From Octopus sinensis (lineage: Eukaryota): DNA of 52,830 nucleotides. Positions within the stretch are counted from its first letter, which is position 1, and every line of letters begins with the position of its first letter. Shown piece by piece: positions 42,724 to 52,474 of the stretch. Made by a program: the position numbers and the translations under genes. The stretch is taken from NCBI RefSeq assembly GCF_006345805.1, contig NW_021834295.1, positions 1 to 52,830 of the forward strand, given 5' to 3'. A model generated the notes under the pieces. That model did not search any database and was not told the DNA's origin. It was given only the letters and a program-made list of their open reading frames with translations.

Positions 42724-45700
42724 ATAAGTTAAACTCCAGTGTTTGACCCGAGCAAAAAAAAATAGTGCAATAGGTATAAAATAAAATGTAGTAAACGAAT
42801 ATGTAAAAAAAATACGTTGGCGAATGAGGGGTGGTGGAGACGACTCGGAAAATTCACACGATCAATCTCACAGGATCCGAAAACTCAACGTTTTAACATC
42901 GTTTACTACATGTTGTTTTACACCTATTACACTTTTTGTTTTCATTTTTGGGACCGGTTGTCGAGTGGGGTTACCGGATCGTGTGAATCATCCGAGTCCG
43001 CACCCCACCCACTCGCCCCGTCACAAAAATTGAACAAAAGTAGAGTACCGGGTGTAAAATAATGTGTAAAAAACGAAAATAAAGAACAAAAAATTCGCCG
43101 ACGAATGGGGAAGCGGTGAGATTTTAATTTTCCGAGTCGTCTCCCCACCTCCTGTTCGCCATATTTTTTTTTCGATTGACGCAGGAGTGGCTGTGTGGTA
43201 AGTAGCTTGCTTACCAACCACATGGTTCCGGGTTCAGTCCCACTATACTATAGCCTCGGGCCAACCAAATCCTTATGAGTGGATTTGGTAGACGGAAACT
43301 GTAAGAAGCCCGTCGTATATATGTATATATATATGTGTGCGTGTGTGTTTGTGTGTCTGTGTTTGTTCCCCTAGCATTGCTTGACAACCGATGCTGGTGT
43401 GTTCATATCCCCGTCACTTAGCGGTTCAGCAAAAGAGACTGATAGAATAAGTACTGGGCTTACAAAGAATAAGTCCTGGGGTCGAGTTGCTCGATTAAAG
43501 GCGGTGCTCCAGCATGGCCGCAGTCAAATGACTGAAACAAGTAAAAGAGTAAGAGTATTCGTTTACTACATGTTGTTTCACACCTATTGCACTATTTTTT
43601 CCTTTTTTCTTTGCTTGGGCCAAACACAAGATTTTAACCTAGTGTTTCCCTCCTCTGTCTTCTCCATCTGAAGGAGCCATGTCCCGCTTCTAATGCAAGA
43701 CACCTTTCTCTCCAGCAATATTAGCTCCCCCACCCCACCACCTCAACCAGTCGAGAGGTCTTTGTCTCGCAATTAATTGGTGACCTCACTGGTTCGGATG
43801 GCATGTAAAAGGCATCCAGTACACTCTGCAAAGTGGTTGGTGTTAGGAAGGTCGTCCAGCCATAGAAACCAAACCTAAGCAGACAGTAGTGTTTGGTGTG
43901 GTCTTCTGACTTGTCTGTTCCTATCAAACCCTCCTACCCATGCCAGCATGGAAAAGGAACATTGATGACGATGATGTGTGTGTGTGTGTGTTTGTGCAAA
44001 ATTCTGGAACAATTTGTGACTGCAGAAGCTATAGAAACTAACAAGAACTTCAAACATGTTTTATTGTCCAGAGATGACCTTATGAAGCACAATTCAAAAT
44101 ATAATAGATCTCAAAATGTGTTGAGTGAGTTGCAGATGGAGGTGAGAAATAATTTCTGTAAGAAATTTACAGATTATTTACTGCCAAAACAAGCTAGAGA
44201 ATCTTTCTTGTTGCTTTAGATCTCAAATAACATTTTCTTTGGAGAAAAATTGATCGATCTCTCCATAATCAATATGAAGAGAAGACACTGAATCACACTG
44301 GGTCAATTTTAAGAACTGTTGGCTCTCAAAGAATATCTCCAAAACAAAAATAATCTGTTTTGACAACAAATAACGAAAAAGATTTTTGTGATCCAATGAA
44401 GGGGATTCATGGAGAAAATGAGAAAAAGATGTTATTTGGTTACTACTATCATGCTGTTATCGTGTCACACTGCCACTATTATGGTATCTTTGGATATTCA
44501 AATAGTCTGGAATTGCAAAAAATTTCAAAACAAAAGCAGATCTCAAGATTTTAGTTAATTCAAGTCTTACCTTTTCACAGCATAATGTAAAGCTGTGCGA
44601 CCTTTTTCGTCACTCATGTCCATATTGGCTCCAGATTCTATCAAGAAGGCTATTAGACTTGTGCTGCCCTGTTCACAAGCTGCCATTAAGAAAGTTTTAC
44701 TGTCTGAATTTATTTGGTTGACCTGAAGAGAAGAAAGAAAAGATATATAAAATATATCAAAGGAGAGAGAGAGATAGAGAGATAGGAGGGAAGAATAGAG
44801 AGAGAGAGAAAGGAGAGAAGAAAGAGAAGTAAAGAAGAAGATGCTGGAGTGAAAGAAAGGGATATGAAAGACAAAGAAAGAAGATACACACACACACACA
44901 CACACACACACAGTGCAACATGAAATAAAATGTCTTGCTGAAGAATACAACACACAGCCCAGACTGGGAATCAAACTCACTATCTCCTGATTGTGAACCT
45001 GTTGCCCTAACCATTGAGCCATTCACCTTCATATACATATACACACATACATACACACACACATATGTATGTATTTATGTATGTATGTATGTACGGGTGG
45101 AGGAACTCTCGAGAGTCAACGGCCATCCAATAAATGTCTTTAGGTTGTATCATGCACGGGAACATAGAAATAATCGGACTGAATACCCGATCGCGCGGTT
45201 AAACCATTGGGAGTGAAGGACTCCTAGCCTTTGTTAGGGCATCCTTCTAGGCGAAGGTAACTCAGGTAACTGGGATAACTCCGGCATAAAACCTGCAGCT
45301 CAGTGGTTACCGATGATGTTGACTTGTTCTTCTTTTCGGATTATGGCTGCTGTTGCTTAGTGAGTGGGATTGACTCAGTGCACAGCCTTTCCTTACTTAA
45401 ATAAAATCTTCTTGCACAGGCATTGCACGATAACAACATTGATTAAGCTTCGTACAATGGCCATACTCGATAACGAGGGGGCAGCCACCATATATATGTA
45501 TGTATGTATGTATAGTTCCAGTCATTCAAGTCCCACCACTGGTCTAAGTACAGTAAAGCTACAACTTCAAATTCTCACAAACATTTAACTTAGACATTGT
45601 TACCTAATTAGATTACTATATCCATACTTTGTTATATATATACTGATATGTATGCATGTATGTATGTATAGGATGACTCACGAGTCATCTTCGTAGTCAT

Positions 45701-48625
45701 AAAGCGAGACAGATGAGTGACAACCTGGCCACTGGTGGTGGTGTAACACACCATACTAATCATATCTGTCGGGCATGTGGAAGAGAGTGTAATTCGGCAG
45801 GAGGACTTAAACGACATGCAAAGGTACATGAAGCCCAGTTACAAATACAGCCGGCTTTTTACCGGTAAAGGTTTTAGTTGCCAATTTTGTACAAGACATT
45901 GTAGATCTTTAGCTGGGCTAAAAAGTCACATTCGATCACAGCATCAATAACAGTTAAGTTTCGTGCAATGGCCATACTCGATAACGAGGGGGCAGCCATC
46001 ATGTATAGGTTGTGTCTCCAATCTGGTATGCTCATTTTGTCCAGAATGCCAATCTACTGGAAGCTGTCCATAGATGTACAACCATAAAATTAGCCTCACT
46101 CAATCACTTATCATTTCTTAAATGTATTGCTTCTCCATGCATCGACAGAGAATTTTGTCATTTCTAGCAACTCACTTGATCCCACAAGATTATCCCTCAT
46201 CTTTCAACAACAACTTTGACCACTTCTGGAATTTAATATCTTTACCACTCTCAGACATGCTTATAAAATAAAAAAACAAAGCCATTCCAGTTTCCATGGT
46301 ATCGGAAACAAATATTTTATGCTCAGAATTGTCAGGGTACGGAATAAACTATCTACATTGGTTGTTTGCAGTCAGAACACTGTAACCTTCAAAAACACCA
46401 CACTTTCTGTAATTCAGAAACACTGGTTCCTATGCACCCTTTCCTTTTTATGGTTCTTTTACTGCTCCCTTTTCTGTCTTTTAGTGTTCTATCCCATGTA
46501 CGATGGCATGCACTTTAGATGGTCATTGGTGTCTTTCTTTACATGACTTGTACTTTCTGTATTTTCATAGAAGTGGACAGAGCAATATCGAGGGAAATCA
46601 GTACAAATATACCGTTTCATGGTAGATGGAAGAGTCTTTCTTATGAAACATAAGATGTCTGTCTTAGTAACAACCTCACTTTTGTCCGGCTGAAGAGGGA
46701 AAAAAATCAGTTGAGAAAATATCCCAGTTTATTACTGGTATGTATGATATCAATTATGAATTGAAGAGAACACTGACAAGATTTCAAACGTGGTATCTGA
46801 TAGGAGACACACAGGTAAATAAGAGAAACCATATAAACAATGCAACTGTAGGGATTAGGCCATAAGATGGTGTATAAAGTAACTGAAAAGGGGAAGAGCT
46901 ATAAAGGGTCAAAACCTCAGAAATAATTGTGTAGATTCTGAATATATCAGACTGGATTTTAGTTTAGTATTCCCTGGTAAAGCTCATGAAATTCTACACT
47001 TTGTTATCACTGATGTCTGGCATAGTAGCACTTTCATTTCATGCTATAATGATGAAAGAGGTTTAAGAAATGGTGAGAGAAGAACAGGATGTTTGAAATG
47101 AAGCATGGATCTTCAGATGTCATATGTCTGGTGAAACAGCAATGTGGGATCTACTTGGAAAAGAATGAAAGCAAATCTACAAGAAAGGTGTAGAGCACAG
47201 GTAAATCAAGGTGTAACAGGTAAACAGGTAAATAAAGATTGTTTAGTTCATGCATAAGCTCAAGGAAAAGATTGATAATCTATTTATGTTAGTCACTGAA
47301 TCTATTACAAAGTAATTACTTGTAATTAGACATCTGTGACATCTTTGGAACGACACCAATCACAACTAAATATGAGCAACTATGGAAAGGTAGACACAAA
47401 TGAAAAGAACAATGAGAAAATAAGAAATATTATGAAAGTAGTGATCAGAATTTTGAGCCTAAATGCGGCAGCAGTATCAGGGCTTACATTAGTTTGTAGC
47501 CATACAATATTTAAAAAGGTGTGAGTGGTTCATACACAACTGTATTACAGCTGTACAAACAACACTATCGACTCCACCTTGAGGAAAACACCTACCCTCA
47601 CTAACTGGCAGACATTCACCCACCATTGAAATACATGTATGATGGTCATCAAGAAAATAAAGGATGTTTTTTTCTGCATTTCACACCATTTGTCAGCTAT
47701 CTTTCCCTTCCAAATTAAAAGCCTCATTTTCTGGTCTCTTACCAAGAGTATCTCTATAGATTTTACAGAATCATTCCACCCACCACTCCCTAACCATGAT
47801 GGTTCTCTGATCCAAACACAACTACACATTGAGTTTCATATATTTGTACCACCACAGCCGCCTTGACTCCCTGGTCCTTATAAAATTTTCCACAATCCCT
47901 ACCCAATGGTAGTACTACTCTATTAGAGAAGCCCTGTTTTATAATTTTTGCTGATAGTGTCCTATCTGCTGACTACCAGCCAGTCATTCTAACTTCCAAT
48001 ATTTCAATTATGAAGTAAAAAGTCATAAACAACCATTATCTTTGTCCCTTTGGGTATCTTTTTCTATTCAAAGAGCACCAGTACAGTTCCATAAAGCCAG
48101 TTCAAGCAGGGGTCTGATTCCTACGTGACTCCCCAGTGTTTTGGTTATGTTTGACAACTTCTGCAAAAGAAATAGTGTAGCCCTTGACATCGGTAAAACC
48201 TTCAACTGTGTATGGCAAGAGAATTTCTTGACAAAGTCACCATTTATCTATAGGATCCATCTGTCCCCCATCTCTTGGACTGAATATTTCCTGCCAGAAT
48301 ATTCCATTGCAGTGTGTGAGGATGGGTTTCTCTCTCACTGACATTCCATCAATTCTGGCATACCTCATTGTCTGGTTGAATATTTATAAAAAGTGACAAT
48401 GATGAGGATTAGAGGAAAGAGGTAAAGAAAGATATGAAATATTATGGACAAATATATCTGGTTATTTAGGAACATTTAATATTGTGTATAAAATAATAAA
48501 CAAACATTCAACATTGAAGAAGCAATATAAAGTAAACTTACTGTTTCAGGATTTTCTTTGATAAATCGTTTCACATCTTCAAAGTTCCCAGTCAGAATCT
48601 TGCTTATAATCTTATTTACATCCAT
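19883..48625 (-). CDS. Multi-exon gene: ankyrin repeats (~15) - RING (C3HC4) - optional 17-aa linker cassettes - death domain; mind bomb-like E3 ligase derivative
   Basis: Hand-built model, minus strand: 48625-48542, 44722-44571, 41052-40896, 40131-39263, 37676-37640, 32581-32369, 30453-30275, 29280-29138, [25484-25434, 25318-25268, 25152-25102, 24986-24936, 24820-24770], 23713-23642, 20100-19883. All introns are GT-AG and phases chain 0,2,0,2,0,0,2,1,(1x5),1 into one open frame: 792 aa with all cassettes, 707 aa with none. The last ankyrin with an insertion, followed by a RING, resembles MIB1/MIB2 (recalled, not searched). Confidence 0.85.
20480..20810 (-). mobile_element. Degenerate RTE-like LINE C-terminal fragment
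   Basis: [14 protein letters not shown]... resembles the 'QLRxxGHxxRM' segment; many stops. Confidence 0.4.
21905..22695 (+). mobile_element. RTE LINE 3' fragment
   Basis: [26 protein letters not shown]...KTWDEMMKH followed by RTE 3' UTR and (GAT)n tail. Confidence 0.85.
23642..23713 (-). CDS. Exon 10, first part of death domain ([24 protein letters not shown])
   Basis: tttatttcag| 72 nt |gtgagt; phase 1 to 1; joins the next exon as KWQELGRELGI, the death-domain helix-2 signature. Confidence 0.85.
24770..24820 (-). CDS. Cassette exon 9e ([17 protein letters not shown])
   Basis: ttcttatttcag| 51 nt |gtgagt; phase 1 to 1. Confidence 0.6.
24936..24986 (-). CDS. Cassette exon 9d ([17 protein letters not shown])
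   Basis: ttcttttttcag| 51 nt |gtgagt; exon sequence identical to 9c. Confidence 0.6.
25102..25152 (-). CDS. Cassette exon 9c ([17 protein letters not shown])
   Basis: ttcttttttcag| 51 nt |gtgagt; phase 1 to 1. Confidence 0.6.
25268..25318 (-). CDS. Cassette exon 9b ([17 protein letters not shown])
   Basis: ttcttatttcag| 51 nt |gtgagt; phase 1 to 1. Confidence 0.6.
25434..25484 (-). CDS. Cassette exon 9a ([17 protein letters not shown])
   Basis: ttatttcag| 51 nt |gtgagt; phase 1 to 1, no stop. Confidence 0.65.
26208..29020 (-). mobile_element. 5'-truncated RTE-clade LINE with long RT ORF (26788-28626)
   Basis: 612-aa ORF with [28 protein letters not shown] and YADD motifs plus a Cys-rich finger; upstream frameshifted piece 28667-29020; 3' UTR and (GAT)n tail near 26208. 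Confidence 0.95.
29138..29280 (-). CDS. Exon 8, C3HC4 RING finger (MIB/IAP-like)
   Basis: ttccacag|G TGT ... TTT G|gtaaga; CWFC-x11-CQH-x3-CQNC-x8-CPICR; 143 nt, phase 2 to 1. Confidence 0.9.
29935..30137 (+). mobile_element. Degenerate tRNA-derived SINE
   Basis: gagctggcagaa-like head, B box GAGTTCAAATTC, tail aagtaccagt...ggccttgtgcc. Confidence 0.6.
30275..30453 (-). CDS. Exon 7, end of last ankyrin and C-cap (CCRELQLD...[24 protein letters not shown]...)
   Basis: tttgcag|TGC ... CT|gtaagt; 179 nt, phase 0 to 2; resembles the MIB-type terminal ankyrin with insertion. Confidence 0.85.
31490..31635 (+). mobile_element. RTE LINE internal fragment
   Basis: [28 protein letters not shown]...LLVTKGL matches the 26788-28626 ORF. 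Confidence 0.85.
32369..32581 (-). CDS. Exon 6, ankyrin repeats ([20 protein letters not shown]...GNNCLHLS...PILDE)
   Basis: ttccacaaag|GAT ... GAG|gtaagt; 213 nt, phase 0 to 0. Confidence 0.9.
32954..33466 (+). mobile_element. tRNA-derived SINE with locally duplicated head (heads at 32954 and 33174)
   Basis: caggagtggct...ggttcagtcccactg...gtggatttggtagac; same family as 34931-35309 and 43180-43556. Confidence 0.8.
33758..34235 (-). mobile_element. RTE 3' UTR/tail with five internal ~63-bp repeats
   Basis: Homologous to 26208-26600; gtgcc(a/c) units at 33924, 33986, 34051, 34114, 34180. Confidence 0.8.
34275..34644 (-). mobile_element. Non-autonomous Helitron-like element
   Basis: Reverse complement of 51364-51749; TC start, hairpin, CTAG end. 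Confidence 0.8.
34931..35309 (-). mobile_element. Full-length tRNA-derived SINE
   Basis: Head cgcaggagtggctgtgtggtaag, B-box-like GGTTCAGTCCC, tail (GAGTAAAA)n. Confidence 0.85.
35440..35985 (+). mobile_element. RTE LINE AP-endonuclease fragment
   Basis: [15 protein letters not shown]...CCIQE...[10 protein letters not shown]...AGDFNGHVG; frameshifts and stops. Confidence 0.85.
35995..36178 (-). mobile_element. Second RTE endonuclease fragment, inverted
   Basis: Minus strand ...[10 protein letters not shown]...[20 protein letters not shown] (frameshifted). Confidence 0.7.
37090..37345 (-). mobile_element. tRNA-derived SINE-like element
   Basis: Minus strand AGTGGTTAA...GATTCGAGTTCAG B-box-like; (ATT)n inside. 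Confidence 0.5.
37640..37676 (-). CDS. Exon 5, 37-nt exon completing an ankyrin ([13 protein letters not shown])
   Basis: Long pyrimidine tract ...aactttcag|G ... CAG|gttagt; phase 2 to 0; supplies exactly the missing helix 2 of [10 protein letters not shown]. Confidence 0.8.
39263..40131 (-). CDS. Exon 4, tandem array of 8 complete plus 1 partial 34-aa ankyrin repeats
   Basis: ctttttag|GTC ACT CAG ... CAA AA|gtaagt; 869 nt open, phase 0 to 2; 102-bp period; [34 protein letters not shown]. Confidence 0.95.
39292..40107 (-). repeat. 8 x 102-bp coding tandem repeat
   Basis: Invariant core GGACACACAGACACAGCTAAA in every unit. Confidence 0.95.
40896..41052 (-). CDS. Exon 3, ankyrin repeats ([31 protein letters not shown]...NNILQ)
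   Basis: cctttcag|C ... CAG|gttag; 157 nt, phase 2 to 0; GANVN and GNTPLHLA motifs. Confidence 0.9.
41230..41900. mobile_element. MITE with TIRs and TA target duplication (Tc1/mariner-like)
   Basis: Perfect 20-bp inverted core CCCCCGACGAATTTGTTTCC (41242-41261 / 41870-41889), extending imperfectly to CACAA termini, each flanked by TA. Confidence 0.75.
43180..43556 (+). mobile_element. tRNA-derived SINE (same family as 34931-35309), small internal deletion
   Basis: Direct homology. Confidence 0.85.
43780..43975 (+). mobile_element. RTE 3' tail fragment
   Basis: ggttggtgttaggaagg...cccatgccagcatggaaa...gatgacgatgatg. Confidence 0.7.
44571..44722 (-). CDS. Exon 2, ankyrin repeats ([19 protein letters not shown]...[10 protein letters not shown])
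   Basis: ttctcttcag|GTC ... AAG|gtaaga; 152 nt, phase 0 to 2; ankyrin motifs FLMAA..G and GRTALHYAV. Confidence 0.9.
45740..45998 (+). mobile_element. LINE 3' end encoding two C2H2 zinc fingers (frameshifted)
   Basis: [21 protein letters not shown] and [22 protein letters not shown]; 3' motif aatggccatactcgataacgagggggcagcca is also present at about 45457-45488. Confidence 0.6.
47650..48380 (+). mobile_element. Degenerate L2/CR1/Jockey-like LINE RT fragment
   Basis: [13 protein letters not shown] (RT motif 3-like) and [18 protein letters not shown]. Confidence 0.6.
48542..48625 (-). CDS. Coding exon 1 ([28 protein letters not shown]), N-cap-like degenerate ankyrin
   Basis: Acceptor ttttcattcaaaag|AC-ATG (exon starts at 48627); donor ACA|gtaagt; 84 nt, phase 0; joins the next exon in frame. 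The true start could lie further upstream. Confidence 0.7.
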
Positions 48626-49120
48626 GTCTTTTGAATGAAAAGGAAAGTAAGATGGTTTTTAAAAACTTATAAAATGAAGTAAAGAGCAATTTAAAGAAGA
48701 CGGAACAGCTAATTTGTGAAATTAACATGCAAATGGCTGAGTACACCACAGACGCGTGTACCCCTAATGTAGTTCTCAGGGAGATTCAGCATGACACAGA
48801 GTGTGACAAGGTTGACCCTTTGAAATACAGGCACAACTCATTTTCGCTGAGTAAACTGGACCAACGTGAAATAAAGGTTCTTGCTCAAGGAATCCTCCTA
48901 CTCATTCCCCGCCCCCACCAACCCACCAACTCTCTGCGCATGAGTGGCTGGGGAAGAAGCATATTAATGTGTTAATGAATATCCGCAGGTTTGTAAGTAG
49001 TTGGACGCATCTATCAATGGTGCTACCACAAACCCCAGTGGTGCTTGATTATTGCACCCAGAATCTCTTACTGGTCACCTGATATGTTATCTACTTACCC
49101 GCCTATCTCCCCTCTCTTAA

Positions 49121-49336
49121 CCATTTTGATACTAACCCGGCTGAAGCCGGCTCTGGCTCTGTGGTAAAATGTCTTGTTTTCATTAGTTTTGAATTAAAAT
49201 CTTCCACGAAACCTTAGTCACAATTTGTTCCTAACACTAGCTTATGATGAATACATTATTTTAATAATTCTTGTTATATTTAAAATTAATTGAAAGAAAC
49301 ACAGAGCATCTCTACAGAATATGGTAACAAAAGGCT
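49121..49336. mobile_element. piggyBac-type MITE, copy 1 (diverged ends)
   Basis: TTAA on both sides (49117-49120, 49337-49340). Confidence 0.65.
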
Positions 49337-49367
49337 TTAAAATATATAATAGAGAAACAATTCTTAA

Positions 49368-49588
49368 CCCTTTTGATACCAACCCAGCTGAAACTGGCTC
49401 TGGCTCTTTAGTATAAATGTCTTGTTTTCATAAGTTTTGAATTAAAATCTTCCATCAAACCTTAGTCACAATTTATGTTCCTAACACTAGCTTAATAATA
49501 ACTAAGTTATTTTACTAAATTCTTTGTTATATTTAAAATAATTGAAAGAAACACAGATCATCTCAAAATAAATACAGTAACGAAAGGG
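49368..49588. mobile_element. piggyBac-type MITE, copy 2
   Basis: TTAA|CCCTTT ... AAAGGG|TTAA. Confidence 0.8.
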
Positions 49589-50068
49589 TTAAGGGGGCAT
49601 GTAAGCACAGCCTATATCCCCAAACTCTGGTCAATTCTTAGCCCCCATTCTCATCAACACTAGTCCACAATTGTGTTTCTGGGGGTTGTGTTCCCACTCT
49701 ACCTTCTCCTGATCTCCCTTCCCTTCAAGCCGTGTACCTCTCAAGTATTTCGTTTTGGTTACTGCATGTATTTCCTTATGCATGCTGCCCTTATGAGGTG
49801 CATCTACCAATTGCAGCTATTGTGTGACACAACGATGTGTTACCAAATACTGAAACAGGGGTAACATGAAATGAAGGAGGGCCAGGTTGAAGCCCCTGCT
49901 TATTTCTCTCGTTAATGATGTGCTTTTTATATTATTACAGCCCTCCGCTGATTGTACAGGATCCGGTTTGAATTCAAAATGGAAGGAATTTAAACTGATT
50001 AACCTCAAGTGTCAAAATTTGGATGGAACAGTGTCATGCATGGAGCACATCCTATCACACACGCATTG

Positions 50069-50114
<46 letters not shown>

Positions 50115-50169
50115 TAGCTGAAGGTGACCCGCTCTCGCGTGGGTAAGAGTGTGGTTGTTACCTTCTGTT

Positions 50170-50490
50170 GCTTCCTTTCAGCACGTAAAAAGCACCATCC
50201 GAACGTTGCCGATTGCCGTGCCGCTTTGACTGGCTTCTGTGCCGGTGGCACGTAAAAAGCACCAACCGATTGTTGCCGCTGCGAGCCCCGCTGGCACCTG
50301 TGCCGGCGGCACGAAAAAAGCACCCACTACACTCACAGAGTGGTTGGCGTTAGGAAGGTCATCCACCTGTAGAAACACTGCCAGATCAGACTGGAGCCTG
50401 GTGCAGCCTCCTGGCTTTCCAGGCCCCGGTCAAACTGTCCAACCCGTGCTAGCACGGAAAACGGACGTTAAACGATGATGATAATGATGA
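50170..50490 (+). mobile_element. RTE 3' UTR/tail fragment
   Basis: Reverse complement of the 26208-26600 type sequence with (GAT)n tail. Confidence 0.8.
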
Positions 50491-51363
50491 TTCTCTCTCC
50501 TTTCTCTCTCACTTTCCCACTCTCTTACTCTTCCTTTCTCTCGGACTCTCCCTCACTTTCTCTTACTCTCTATCTTTATCTATCTCTCTCCCATTTATAA
50601 ACAACAAAAGATCTTGAGTAAGTTGAGAAATAAAATATTTAGAAAGATCAATCATAAATATCAGGCAGTGGCAACGGAAAGGTCTGCTTCAAGGCAGACA
50701 GCAAAACGCTAACATTTAAAAGGGACAGACGAACTTGCAAGCTGAATAAAAATAATAAAATATTGGAAACCAAAGTTTGAAGGGATAGAATGTGAGGATA
50801 GTAGAGTCACCATGACTGGCATTTCTTAACGACGGAGAGCACCGTATTGACAGTTTAACGGCTAGCGTAAATTTTGAACTTGATGTAAAGAAAATTTGTA
50901 AACACCAAGTTTTGAAGTGATTCTTTCTCACGACAGTAGACTCACGATGGCAAGCATTCAAAACTTCTTCATCATGGACGGCAACACATTGATGATTAAA
51001 AGGCTGGCGCAAATGTTTTAGCTTGATGTAACAGAGAATTCCTAAACACTCACTCGCTCCTTTAAATTTTAATCCCCTTCCAGCCCCATTTAGATCCCTT
51101 TTCACATTTTGGTTAATATAACCCCGATTTCATTCGGGTCTACTGGGGCCACATTTTATAAGATGAGGAATTTTGTCCTAGAGGTGACGCCTTTCATTTG
51201 AGGAAAAAAATAGTTGTCATGCAAACTTGCCAGCACTTTTAACATAGGTGTGCATATTTTCAGCTGAACTGACCGACCACATAATGCACACATTATATAT
51301 ATATATATGTATATATATGTGTGTGTGTGTGTGTGTGTGCACGCAATATATATACAAATTATA

Positions 51364-51749
51364 TCTCTCTCTATATAAACGGCAGTTTGTCTGTGCGTTT
51401 CTGTGTGTCTGTTTTCTCGTACCCTCACTCTGACCACGGCTTTCAACCGATTCTGAATGAAACTTGCACACACATACCCAATGTCATAATTCAAAACTAA
51501 CGCAGCGAAAATTTTGAAAAGTTCCCCCAGTTCTGAAAAAAATCGATAAATTCGACATGGGTCGAGAATCAGAAACCCAAACCACGGACCGTCTAGGGGA
51601 CGCAACTCCACACTTTTTTTCACTCTCAAAAAAAATTTACCATCATTTTTTTTTTTTTCCATTTTTTTGCTATTTTGTTGCGATAACTCTCTAAAAATGC
51701 TTTATAGTTATTTCCTTACAAACCTGAGCAACGCCGGCGATACTGCTAG
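51364..51749 (+). mobile_element. Complete non-autonomous Helitron-like element
   Basis: A|TC...(CTGT-like repeats)...CCTGAGCAACGCCGG hairpin...CTAG|T, no TSD. Confidence 0.8.
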
Positions 51750-52433
51750 TATATATATATAATATGTTAAATTAAATTAGAGATAAAACCACTAAAGACA
51801 AATCATCAAACAGTGAAAAACCAAAAACAAAAACATAAAAATAAAAATATAATATATAAAATATATAAAATATAAATTGAAAAATTTTAAATTATTTAAA
51901 TTTAAAATAAAAATATTAAATTTTTATTTAAATTTGTTTAAAATATATATAACTATCAAAAAGTATTAAAAAGTTTAATATTCATAAATACAGATATATA
52001 CGCTTTGTATATATACATTATATATACATATTTATATATAGACCACACACACACATATATAACATGAACGCAAGAAATATCTGATTCATAATATTTGTTC
52101 TCATGATTGTGTGTTGTTTGTGGCGATGGTAATTCTCTCTATGAATGCAGACAGCGAGATAAAGAACGCTGTTTGACGAACTTATAAAGGGAAAGTGAAG
52201 GAGTTTAGAGGGAATGGAGGAAATAGCGTGAGTGAGGAAGACAGATACATTAAACAATGGGAGTGGACTTGTCAAAGTGGGTTTTTGGCCTAGCAACGAC
52301 ACTTTTTAAGATAGGGATTTCTAACGTAGCCACGGGCATCAAACACCTCCTTTTACATTCCCTGTAAATTTTGGAGCAATCGGACAGGATTAGTGGCCTT
52401 GAAGCATCCAAGCGGGCTCGAAATACATTTCAG

Positions 52434-52474
<41 letters not shown>

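Noticed and set aside
46490-46690. Acceptor-like site followed by 66 open codons containing CSVHF (THAP-like)
   Set aside because: It ends in a stop with no convincing donor, and other THAP hallmarks are missing; exon 1 to exon 2 is already in frame.
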